DNA of 64,000 nucleotides, from contig NW_002060957.1 of the NCBI RefSeq assembly GCF_000150275.1, positions 699,825 through 763,824 of the forward strand, given 5' to 3'. Below are positions 45,466 through 58,300 of the stretch, piece by piece (positions within the stretch are counted from its first letter, which is position 1; every line of letters begins with the position of its first letter). This DNA is from Trichoplax adhaerens. Taxonomy: Eukaryota; Animalia; Placozoa. The notes under the pieces were generated by a model, which did not search any database, was not told the origin of the DNA, and was given only the letters and a program-made list of their open reading frames with translations. The position numbers were made by a program, and so were the translations under genes.

Positions 45466-48400
45466 TTAAGATAGTACAGCTGCACTTTTACTTGGAAGGG
45501 GATTGAGGCTAATATAACGTTTTACATTTGGACGAGAATGCTCAGGCCAATTCTCATTAGTTATTCTATTCATTGCCTGTAGGTTGAAAAATGATAATAA
45601 ATAAGAGATTGCTTTGCTTTCCTAATACAATATTGTTTCTATGTGAGTCGACTATCATACGCTTTGATACATAGGAATAACGTTTACCTCTAACTTTCTC
45701 GCTCTTTCTGTACTGAGAGGTTCAGTAGGTAATATGTAATTATTTTCATCGGCAACAGTTCTTAAATCAAAGTAATATTTGGCATAAATACTAGACGGAA
45801 CATTGATATTAAACATGATCAACTGAAGGATTTCTCTTTCTAACGCATTCCTATCATATCCAGAATAGAAAGTCAAAAAAAGTTACTCTTTTCAATGAAG
45901 ACATCAACGATAATTACTACGTAGATAAAGATCAATTAAATTTTAAAATCGCGAATGATTACATATTGAGAATAACATACATATCTTCGACTGTGGTATC
46001 CTTTAAAATTTGGCAGTAATCTATATTCCAAACTATTGAGCAAAATATAAAATGATATCTGAATATAGATATCTTCGATAGTAGTCTATAAAAAGTTATT
46101 AATGGAAAATGCACATTATAACACTATCAAGTACCCTTACCGGCTTGATCGTCCCATACTTTTGATGCTAATAAAATTGCGCCTAAAACTACTCGTCGCC
46201 AATTACTAGGATGAATATCAATCTCGGCATATTCCATTAATCGTTCCACATAAATTAAAGAAATAATGGCACATTCTGCAGTAAGCTAAAACCAACAAAA
46301 TGAAATAAACAGTAATTCAGTAAAACCTCAATGAATCACTAAGAATACGCTACTATCAAAGAAATGGAGTAATAATGACCATTAAGCAGCTTCGATATTA
46401 TTATTATTACTAATTAGTATAAAATATAGAACATTCATGATAGAAGACTTTAAATTACTGTTTTCCAGAAATAAGGCAGACAAGCTTACCTGTGCGGAAG
46501 AAAATAAAGTTTTGAAAAATTTATAGACATGGCGGTGCTCAGGTAAATTTATTATCGTCTCCTTTCTGACGGGCCGCTGTATTTTTGAAAAGTGAAAGAT
46601 ACTTATTCAAAATAAAAAGTAATCGTAATCATATCAAATTTACAGAACGGTAGCAAATCGGCAATCACCTTCAAGTTCAATAGCGTATTTCTATGTCATT
46701 ATTATTAATAATAATAACTAAATCATGTAATGCACTCGTATTTTTCAGCGATAGTTGTATATAGTCTTGTGACAATACAACATTTTCATAACTAGTAGTA
46801 ATTAGACTGACGACTTACTAACCATTAAAGGATGTAGTTCTTCATCGAAGATATCTTTAAGCCTGGGAGGATCATGTCTATACATACGTAAGGCAAAACA
46901 TATAAAACTATTTTAAAACAAAGAATTTGATTTAAAATTGTTGACAAAGAGAATATGAAATGTAGCAGTAGTCTGTAGTCTTGACAACTATTGACATAAT
47001 TACCGAAAAAAAAGGTAAAAAACTATACAACTTGTTTATAGCTTCAATCCGATCTCATAGATATTATGTATTGAAAGTAATAAACAGATTCTGTTGTCGA
47101 TATTGAACAATCATTTTTTTACTTACGCTCCTTTCATTAGGTAACATACAGCCAATGATACACTAAGCGTGTTCAATTTGAAAGAAGGATTAACGATAGA
47201 AGAAAAAAGAACCATTTAAGGTCATAGGAAACGATTCATATTAATGATTCGATACAATAAAAATAGTAATCATGACTTATGGTTTATATGTTGTCATGTA
47301 ATACCATATCACAGGTTAATTGTACAGTACTGTAGCGGTGAAGGCTTAGCGTCAAAAATTCTATGGTAGCTATTACACTTATGAAATCCATTCCATGCGA
47401 AAGACTGAGCTAGTTCAAACTAGATAGTTGCTGATATTATTATTTACTCAATAGTACAAAATGAGAGAGTGTAGCATTTTCAACCTAAGAAAGTCAATGT
47501 TATCGATGATGCAGCATAAAGTTAATTATGATCTAACCCAATTTGAACTCTTTTACTGCCATAATTGTTTAAAAATATCAACGTTAAAATCAATCTCTAT
47601 GTTAAGAAAATGGTATGAACAACAACTGATCAACAACGGCTAAAAATATTTCTTTCACTTGTGACAAATTTGTCATCATAAACTGTAATCTAGCGCTTAC
47701 CACTTTAGCGTACACCTTAAATTGGGTTGGCTTACAGTACTATCGTCCAGATAAATAGAAGAACATGAGCTATATCTTTTGTGTATAGTGCCATTCTTTA
47801 TGAAAAAGAAAAGGTGAAATGATATAAATTAGATTTTTTTCAGCTATGTATTGCTACCTTTCATAAACCAACAATTAAAATGAAATTAAATATTTCACAC
47901 GTTAGTCATTTACATAACTGGAATATAAATTATCAATTATGGCCATTTCTGACAATATATCTTATATGTCAAAGATCTTTCAATATCAATCAATCAATCA
48001 ATTAATGATAACCGAAATTAACTGAAAATTTTTATCAAATTTATTTTTGAACATAAAGAATTTAAACGAATACAGGATCATTTTAATTATGGCTAGAATA
48101 GAAATTAGATTACAACGGAATTCTGTTGTTGGATTGAATATTATACAATCATGTGGATGTAGTTAATTGTAAGTTGACACTGAATGTCTCTAGTTACAAA
48201 TTGGTTCAGTAAAATCGCAGACAGACACCATTTTTCATGACCATTTTATGGGTAACTTAAAACATTTCTCGCATCTATTCTTAACGCTGTTATTGAGTCC
48301 AAAATGAACAAGTAATAGTTTTCACTATAGCCAGTAGTCAACTTATTTTACATCATGTAAGACGTTAAATATGGTATCGTAATACGGTTTAACTTTATGT

Positions 48401-51400
48401 CATTTGTCCTCACTAGACTACTTATAACAAATTCCATAAGGTATAGTAACACAGCCTCAGACTATCAATTGATTAATCAACGAATCTACTTACTTCTCTT
48501 GAAATAATAGAATCTCTTTTACTTTTTAAAACTATCATTACTTTCAAATGAGTTCGAGTTGTATCACCATGGGGGTAATTTTTTTACAATCAATTTGTCA
48601 TTAGATTGAATATATTATGCATTATTTATTTCTAACGATATTACTATTTCATCTATACAGTATTAAATAAGTATAACATTGTTATGTGGCACAATTCTAC
48701 AATGTCTTTTTCTCAGTCTATAATAGTTATAATCCTTAGCATTTAAAGTGACTTTAAATCAAGAAGGAATGTGCAACCGACGTTATGGTGACATGATAGA
48801 AGTTGTCGAAGTTAGTTAAAAGCAAACTCTAAGTGTAATAATGAATATCTACCATGTTTGTATCAATAAATTGACTATGTTGAATTGGTAGTCGCGTCTA
48901 CTATTGAATCAGTCAAATAGAATTACATCTCAAATCTACGAATTCCAGTTATTGCCAAACAAATGAAGTAAATGGACAACATGTATTAATCATTATTGTC
49001 CTAGTCTTGGATACCATAAGTATTTATACAACAATTAAAGGATTTTTTTTTTTTTTTGGCCAAGTGGTACAGTAATCGTTAAATAGTGTAGTAAGAGGGC
49101 CAACGTAATGTGAATGAATAACACAATTATTATTATTATTGGAGTACGTGAAGAACAGTATTATCGTGACAATATTTTGAAGAGTAATTATTCATTTTGA
49201 CTGCAGGACATCAACTTGATGGGTATTATTACGGTAAATAAACTGTAGTTGAAATTTTATTTATTTGTATTTAATGATAAGAGTATTACTAGGCCAGATT
49301 ATTTCCTGGTCATTATGTTGAAGAGGAACCCTAGGTAGCTGTTTGATGATACACATCCGATAAAATAGCAAGGATATTTTTTCTTAGCACCGTAGGCAAG
49401 AAAAAATTTGCGTTAATTGAAAAAGAAATAAAAGCTGCTATTAAATCAAATCGCATCAAAATAGCAGCAACGTATTGTGGCATTCTAACTAAGATAGAGA
49501 ATCCTATTGGTGATATCATCGTAATAAATGTAGATTATCAATGTTAAGACAACATATTAAAGTAACTCTATATATCGAGGATAAAAAAGTCTTCAATAAA
49601 AAGTATAAATTTTAAAAATGGGGGGGGGGGGTTGAATTCTTGCATTAGAAGTATTTAAAAAGCAATGAATAGAAAGCAGCCTTTGTTATCCCGTCAGTAG
49701 TATAAGTTAAAGAAATCTGGCGAGCCCCTACTTCTAAAGTATCGTATTAGGAAACAATCAATAGAAACAAACCTCTACTTTAACCATTAATTTAATTTAC
49801 GCTTAGAGTATCGCAACGTCATGTTAAGGATAGTTGAATTGATGAAGAAATCCATTGGGTAGGAATAGCAAAGAACTGCAAAGTGCAGTTGTATAAAAAT
49901 ATTACATAGTCTAGGTTGCAATAACTCATCTATTAATCTTGTAAGATAACATTGACAAGATTATCATGTTTCAAGTTGGATTGATGAAACCAATACTCAA
50001 TGCTTGACCTTGTTATTGCGCGCTATTAACCACTAAGCGATGACGTACTTTTGATCAATGAATTGTTAATGTAATGAGGATAAAGATTGCAGTTTTGACT
50101 ATCAAGCGAATACAGTTGAATTTCTTGTATCATCATTAATCCTATTGCTGTCTTACCTGATGCGATAAAAAACGTCGATTGCCTTTTCTTTTTCCACCTT
50201 GATAGAGAAAAATAAACAAAAAAAAGGCAATTTTATTTTGTGTTGAAGGAGATGGCATCGTGAACAATTAAAATTATATCAATCCATCGATTGAAGTTAA
50301 TATCATTGTTATCGTATTCAATTTAGCACTTGATAGTAATAACGCCAGTAATATTCATGTTACTGGCCATCATTTGAATGATATAACTGTTATTACTCAA
50401 TGATATTCTATTTTGACAGCAGATGATCAAAGTCAAATACATGTGGATTTTTCATCCTACTATGAAATACAATTTTAATGACCACATTGTAACTCGATGC
50501 AATCGCTATCATCTTATTAACCATCTTTGCCTACATCATCGCTCGTATGTGGATTAGTATAAGGGCCAAGGATGGAGATAGGGCAACATCCACATCCAAC
50601 GCTATTTATTGACAAGAAAATTACTCATGGTGATGATGGTTTAAGTTGTTGTAGCTTTAGCAAGCTGAGTATTGTTTCAAGGGTATTGTATTGCCTGGAC
50701 AAGAAGTCATATCGTCAAGACAAAACTATCAATAACAGATGAAAGACAAAAAAAAAATTGCTTCCATAGTGGGGCAAAATTGTGACCGTAGGTCATGAGT
50801 TAATACTACTGGATGTAGTTGTACAATCTGCTTATTTTATTCACTAGACTAGTGGATTAAAAAAAAAAATATTAAACAATCGGACGTAGACATTCTGTAG
50901 GGCATAGCATCAGGTTAATAAATATAAACCAAGTGACAACAACATCCATCCTATGCTTAGCAATGACTACAGGATATACTCTCTGGAGAAGGAGGGTATA
51001 TCATAGAGTCATAAGTCCAATAGGGTTGAAAAAAACAAAAAAGAAACAACCCAATTAAGACGGTAGACTTTGGTGCTGCTCTATGTTATACGTAGATCAT
51101 TTTCAATGCGATGGAGTATCGGCATGACTGAATTACTGTAGGATAACTGGTCATAACGATACAATCGATTGATACTAATTGGATAAATTTTAGTTAATTT
51201 ATACAATACTTTCTTCGTCATCATTAAATCACTTCAAGTCAAGATATAGACTGAAAATACTCGTATTTTGATCGATCGTTGCAATAATCCATTGGCCAAG
51301 GTAAAGGGACTTGTAATACTGCCATGATAAAGCCCCCCCCCCCAAAAAAATAAATGTGGAAATACAAGACTATCGATCGTTTGGTAAATTGTACCCCATT

Positions 51401-52720
51401 GACCGACATCTCCAACATTAGATCGTATGTCGGTGCTTTTCAAGTTGGAAGGCCTTGAATATACAACACAGAGTACGTCTTAGCGTAGTCTATCAACGTT
51501 GCCGTTGAAAATGGAGTATTGGACTAAGCAAAACGATCGATACCCATGGCATTTTTAGTGTTATCAATGGCTTGACTGTATGCTTAGACAATTCCTAGTT
51601 AGCTGACAAAGCGTCCATTATCTTCTCCTTGAAATGATGAGAACTGGATGGAGAGCAGCTGCACTATTATAATGTGATAGGGAACAAGTGGAGAGAGTAA
51701 TGGCAAAGCGTACAAGGGTAGAAACATGTCGGCTTGATTTTTCGAATCCTTGTCCACTTGGATGAGTGTTATTTATGGTTGGAGATGAACAAGACACTAT
51801 CAGTGGATTTTGGCAATAAGGTGAAACAACTGGTGATGGAAGGATAGCCGTGGATGGATATTATTTGCTAAATGAATACTGCACTATGTACACAATATCA
51901 GGAATGAGGTGAAAAGTAGAACCTTTTATTTGTGTTGTTTTCTCCGCCCCAGATAGGATCGACTATCATGATTCCTAATATAGTGGATATGATGTAGGAA
52001 AGAGACAAGAGATAAAGGATGATCATAACAGACGAGTGATCGCATCACTGAATATGATCGCTTTGCGTTTTATCCGCAATGAAAGTGTTTATCCTATGCG
52101 TTGACCAAATCATTATTGAATGATTGAGAAAGGGATGATGAGACTAATGCGATTATACGATATGCAAGTAGTCAATTGAATAGGTAAGTGTTTACACCCA
52201 AGACAAGTTATCCTCTTCTCTCTATCCTTTGCTTACCGTTATTTTCGTAATGATGAATAAAAATGGTTTCTTTATGTTGCTGTGATAAATCTACACATCG
52301 ATTGCAATCGGATAGCCAAAATAAAGGAAGAAGGATGATCGAGAAAGTAAAGAGAGAGAGAGAGAAAATAGTTATCCATCAAGTCCATTGAACGTTATCT
52401 ACTGTAATACCATTTTAATGCTAGTCGTTATCAATAACAGATTGACTAGTGCCAAATCAATCTCTACGCTAATACAATGATAGATGAATCAGTTGGAGCT
52501 AATTAGCAAGACTATTCCCTTGTTGGACATGAAAAACTAAGCCACTATTGGCCTTGATGGCCATGAGATTGCAAAGAGGATAGTACTGACCTTCTCGATC
52601 GCTAATATGTTGAATGTTGGCATCGAGGCCAGGGCTATTGTCTTCCGAGGGTAGAGGATCGAAATCGTCATTGGCCGTGTTGGACGATGCAGTTAAGACA
52701 CAACAATTGAGATTGCCCAT
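45466..52720 (-). CDS. CCNY: Cyclin Y
   Basis: MGNLNCC...[116 protein letters not shown], ending ...SAAVLS*. The N-terminal Gly and Cys-Cys are typical lipidation sites. Confidence 0.95.
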
Positions 52721-55376
52721 CTGATCGTTTGAAGACGATGTTGACGAAAGGATCAGCAATGAAAGATCAAAGTCAGGCAGGCTCTATCCTTCCTGATCAA
52801 TGTTACAACACTGATCCAAATGCGATCAGAATATCTCCAACGGTTGCCAAACAAGAATGATCAAGCTTGGTCGACGATTGTGGCTTCCTTTTCAACATTG
52901 AACCTGATGCCAGACAGTCTTTAAGCCAGTTGGAGTCTTCATCGCCGGATTGCCAGCTTTTTACTAGTGACAATACAGGTCCACCAAGGGTCAGGCCGGA
53001 TGCCTAGCAGGACATCGCTTTCCACTGTAAGATAGAGTACAGTCTACTGTAGACGACTATACAGTACAGTGTACAGTACTGTATACAGCGTGCTCTTTTT
53101 CGTTCCAGATTATTAAAGAAGTACTGTAAATGCTTTAATATTGATCAAATTATGTAAAAAGTAATTCAAAAGGCATGTTGTTCAGAGCTTCTTCTTTCCG
53201 TACATAGCAATTTTGATGAGTTTCGTTCTCAAAATGTCGCTAAACATTAGTGTTACTTTATCGAAAAGGAAAAGGATCATGCTGCACAGTACTGTACAGT
53301 GTACAGTACTGTCCTGCAGAGTGCACAGTACTGTGCACTGTGTGTCTCTGAAGGGCGTGGACAGTGTGGACTATCCAGTCCAGTACAGTACTGTTCCATT
53401 GCTCAGTGCTCACGGTCTTCTAACCCATTTTTTCCAAGCGACAACGGTATGTGTGCCCCCCCCCCCCCCATTCTGATACTGAATCAACCTTTGATGCAGC
53501 GTGTGGACGGTAGGCGTGCGTCATCGCTAGGCTTCAAGTGGGCCCAACTTGACCGTCACAGTGATTCTCCACATTAGACGTTTGCTAGGGAGGGGGTAAG
53601 CAAAATCCCACTTTACCCATTTTATCCATTCGTCATGGTGGTTCCCATCTTTTCATACTACATCAACGATTGCGGTACTATATGCCTATATCCACGTTGT
53701 AGGCATGCATCGTGTAGGGCTAAATTACTGTATTACAGCGCGGCATGCCAGGCTGCCCTACATCGACCTCCCAAATCCAACTTCATGGTACTGTCTATGA
53801 TGTCATTGATAGGATAGAATGGACTTGATTGGATCGCTTTTTACTTTTTTTTATTTGCCTCCATGCTATCAAGCATTGTTCCTCAGCATGAGTACCGAAC
53901 AAGTGGTCATGGCGCAGTCACAACGACAGAAACGATAGCCCTGTCCTGATTTGCAATGAATCCAATCTTGGGCTGGCTCAATCCATTCAAAATCACTTTA
54001 TGATTGGCTAAAGTGAATATGGACCCAGTGGGTATTTCTCAATGACAAGAGCAGTGGATAGCGATCTCAATGTTAACTGATCTACTTTACATGTCTAATG
54101 TTTTGGTCATTCGACTATCCACACAGTCAATGACTATTATTATGAATAAACTAACAAGAATGATACTCTCTATCGGCCATGGAGCAGTAGTCCCAATCCA
54201 TCATTCATTGATTAGTCGTGTTTGTAATAGCTTGTAGACAGTGAAGCACAGTCAGTTCTATACTAGTACAGTACTTGTACAATGTCTACAATGGATAGTC
54301 ATGCTGGTAGCGACTAGGGGCCGGGCCCGGCTGTACCTTTGCTGAGTCAGTGTCGAATTTTCATCAATACGATCGATAACGCTTCAAAAAGCGACACGAT
54401 TTTTGCTCGAGGTGTCCTTGAAATTTCTACCTTCAATACTGTCCATGCTATTTAAATTGGATGTCACCTTCAGGAATGGGTATGGAAGTAGCGATAACGC
54501 TTCAAAAAGCGACACGATTTTTGCTCGAGGTATCCTTGAAATTTCTACCTTCAGTACTATCCATGCTATTTAAATTGGATGTCACCTTAAGGAATGGGCA
54601 TCTAACTAGCGATAACGCTTCAAAAAGCGACACGATTTTTGCTCGAGGTGTTCATAAGTAAATTGGCTGATTAGTCAGCATCATGTACAGTACCTTCAAA
54701 TTTGATATGGGTCAAGGGAGGGTTCTCTCTCAATACGTACAGTACAGTACAGTACAGTAGTCTCTCCTCTCTACAAAAGACAGTACTGTACTGAACTTTG
54801 TTCTACTGTACCACAGACTGTAGTCTACAGTACAATCGATCTGTCCCTTCGATGTACGTCCGATGCTTGATTATGCCTAAAACAACAGGGTGGAGTCCAT
54901 CCCATATTGGTCAATGGAAAGCTTTCCTTGGCTCTCTCTATCAGGACGTAGTCCCTCCCTCCCAGTGCCAAGGGACTGACTCATCCAAGACTGTACGCGA
55001 CAGTACTGTACTGTCCTGTACTGTAGTTTGAAGGCATTTCGAAGGTCAACCGGATTGGTATGACTTGCGCGCGACATGCGCAGTGCCGCGCCACGTCCCA
55101 GTCCCGGTCGGGTCCCGGTACGTCGTAGTTGGTAACCATACCGACTGTACTGTCAATGTACTGTACACTGTACAGGTACAATGCACATGCAACACTGATA
55201 CTGTAGACAATATTGCATACACTACTGTATAAAACTTCCAATGTGAATGGAAACGTGTCATTGCCAGTCTTGCCTTTTTCCCAAAGAGGGCAACCTTGAT
55301 CTAGTCAAGATTCTTGCGGCCTTCCTTCATTTCTCCATTCCATTGGACGACCACAAAAGGAAAGAATCAAGTAATC
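52721..55376. promoter_or_regulatory. Head-to-head intergenic/promoter region of CCNY and DNAJC7
   Basis: Divergent start codons at 52720 and 55377. The region has locally GC/CpG-richer patches (52940-53020, 54310-54350, 55060-55130), GTAC-motif clusters and TGA(G/C)TCA at ~54343 and ~54977. Confidence 0.7.
54374..54650. repeat. Tandem repeat, 118-bp unit, ~2.3 copies
   Basis: CGATAACGCTTCAAAAAGCGACACGATTTTTGCTCGAGGT at 54374, 54492 and 54610. Confidence 0.95.
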
Positions 55377-58300
55377 ATGGAAAAAATGGATGTAGCTGTT
55401 GACGAGAACGGGGATAACTCTGCGTAAGTCATGTTATGTTACTTTGAGAAAGGAATGAGTTGTAAAGATTTGACTACAGTAGTCTTCAACAGTAAATACA
55501 GCCAACGCAAAGCATGACTACACTAGACTACGATATGCTCGCCCATATGACATCCAGTAAGAGCATGAAGAATCAATAGTTTAACCAACTGTCAAAATGG
55601 CAAATACTACTAATACAGTCATCCAATGGCTATTTCTATCGGCGTAATACAACGTTGCAGAATTCATTGAATGAGTGTATGCAGGATACAATCAACGTTA
55701 GGAGTACTTCCTTCTTCTCAACGCTGATGCAATGGTAGACGACGTTCTTGGTGACGTTGATCCAAAGGGAGACGAGTTGAGACCGGGTAGAATCAATCGC
55801 CGATCCTAGCAGCAAACGCATCGTACAAAATTCTCATCCATAATTGACATCTTCTAATAAGGTCGCTAACCAATACACTACTACCCGTTGATTTTGTTGC
55901 TGATGGAACACTTCAATCCAGTCTACTATAAACAAGCATTCTTTGCAATCCAGTCTTGGTTGAATGCATTTCAACCAGATAGATCATTGGCTAGTTGCCA
56001 CCTTCTCATCGACGTATCAAGTTTCCTGCCAACAACTACTCGACTCGACTGTAACTTGTAGAAATAGGACCACAATGAAGTAACATTACCATAATGGTCA
56101 AGAATCATACAATAGATTGGGTTCTACCACGGTATAGCCAATGCTGTGCAATCACCCTATAAAATCCAAACAATTTTCTCATATTATCCCATTCTATTTC
56201 ATCCAAATCAAAGTCTGAAACACAACGTAAAAATCTACGTATTAGATAGTCAATTCTTTCTCATACGACTTAGATCGTTCCTTTTAACTCAATCAATGTA
56301 TTCAGCTTGCAATAGTTAACTTACTGTCAGGATAAAATGTCCTAATTCCTTTTAGAAGCTTCTACAAGCTAGGCAATTATAGCAATAATAATCAGAATCA
56401 TAGACCACGTTAACTAGTGTTATACCTAGTGCAAAAAAGTGGCCTACAGCCAAATTTCCTATTCAATAAATAAATGATATCACTCCAAATACCTAATAAA
56501 GCAATTTTTAATACCCCCATCAAGGATACTCAATTACCACTATCAATCATCGTTTGCGTGTCCAGCCTGCAGTCACATTCTTCCGTACTTACAGTATACC
56601 ATAAACACAAAATAAACTTTAGACATCAATAATAATACGTTTTCTACATTTATTCACACCTGGATTAATTGCATTTTATGCCCCTTCAAGTACGCATTAG
56701 TCATTTCAAGGAACTTACCGTTAGCAATATGCTTCATCTTTATAATATTATAATTGATAGTGTGGCATGATACTTATGAGAATCAACAGATAGGTGTTCA
56801 TACCTGTACGTAACGAACTCATTATAACGATGAAACATCCACCCTCTCCTTAAAGATCATACCGATTTTTACGTCTATTCAAATAGTGACACTAATGCAG
56901 TCTGACAATTTTACTCATAAAAGGTAGCAATAGTCAAATAAAGTACACCATCAATTATAATGGAAATTCTATCTCTTAATCATTTACTCTTGCATGCTTA
57001 TCAATATATAGGCTAGCGGAAGAGAAAAAAACTCTAGGCAATGAAGCATATAAGAAAGGAGACTACAAAGAAGCTTGCAAGTTTTATACGGAAGCTATAG
57101 GTAAAATTCTAGATAATTTATTGAAATACTGATCCTTAATTTTATGTCTATTTCATAGAGGATTTTACATCTATAGTCTCTTTACTGTAAAATACGACTA
57201 GCATTATTAAATTTAAGATTGATTAAAGAACTTTACTCACAACTCTTGCACGACTAGTCTATCCATGATTATATATTTGGTGTTAAGACTAGGCAAAGCG
57301 ATTGATTTCGTATACATTGTACCTTGCTATGATGCACTCTCGTTCTTTCTCATAAAAACTCAAAATTATCTAACAACTTTATGATATCTTTACTCAAAAG
57401 AGTTGAAGTCAAACAATCCCAACTACCTCTGCAACCGGGCTGCCGCTTTAATGATGTTAAATCGTCACAATGAAGCTCTAAATGATGCAGTTAGAGCCAT
57501 TCAATTTGATGATAATTACGTTAAGGTTAGCCTGCTATTGTAATTAATCGACAACTACTCTACTGCCAAACTAATAAGGTTTGTTGCAAGTTAGTTGAAG
57601 TAATGATGCATATTGACCTCAAAGTAGAAAAGTGTCTTCAGATATTATTTGCTTGAAATTCTGTAAACATAAAGAACTTCTTAATGTATTATGAACAATA
57701 TCAATCATGTATTAATATCGGTAATTTCGTTAGGCATGCTTGTATTACGATTTTCAAAGTCTGATCAATTACTGATCTAATACTAACATATAGAAATCAT
57801 AATAGAATGATTCGCCATGCATTCTTTAAACTTCTACCGTCACCTAATACATGTACATCTTTTTTTGTCTTTTAGGGCCACTTACGTGTTGCTAAGTGCT
57901 ATATGAATTTAGGAAAATTCGATTTGGCCCTACAATCCTTTGCGAAAGTAAGGTCATTAGATCCAGCCAATAAGCAAGTCAAACATGAGGTAAGTTAATG
58001 TCCGATTGTGCATAATTTCCAAACGACTTATAGCTAGGAATAATGCTCATAGTACAAGTAGTTAAAAAGCGATATTCTTTACGGCAATTCATCAAACATG
58101 GATGTATTTTAACGGCGAACCTTAACATTTGTTCTATGATTAACTATATTATTCATTCATCGTTTAAGATTCAAAATGCCACATCACTCAAATTGTATTT
58201 CGAAAACGCTACAAAGCATATGGATAAAGAAGATTATCGACAGGTTTTGAATTTTAGTAATGTATTGCTACGGTTGATATTTCTCACTCCGTAAATTGAT

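Noticed and set aside
49823-49830. U12-like branch sequence TCCTTAAC on the minus strand in a CCNY intron
   Set aside because: No U12 donor upstream and no usable exon downstream.
49619-53470. Poly-G and poly-C runs (~49620, ~51333, ~53456)
   Set aside because: Simple homopolymers with no further supporting structure.
53213-55261. Cys/Thr/Val-rich short ORFs
   Set aside because: By-products of the GTAC-motif clusters and the 118-bp repeat in promoter DNA.
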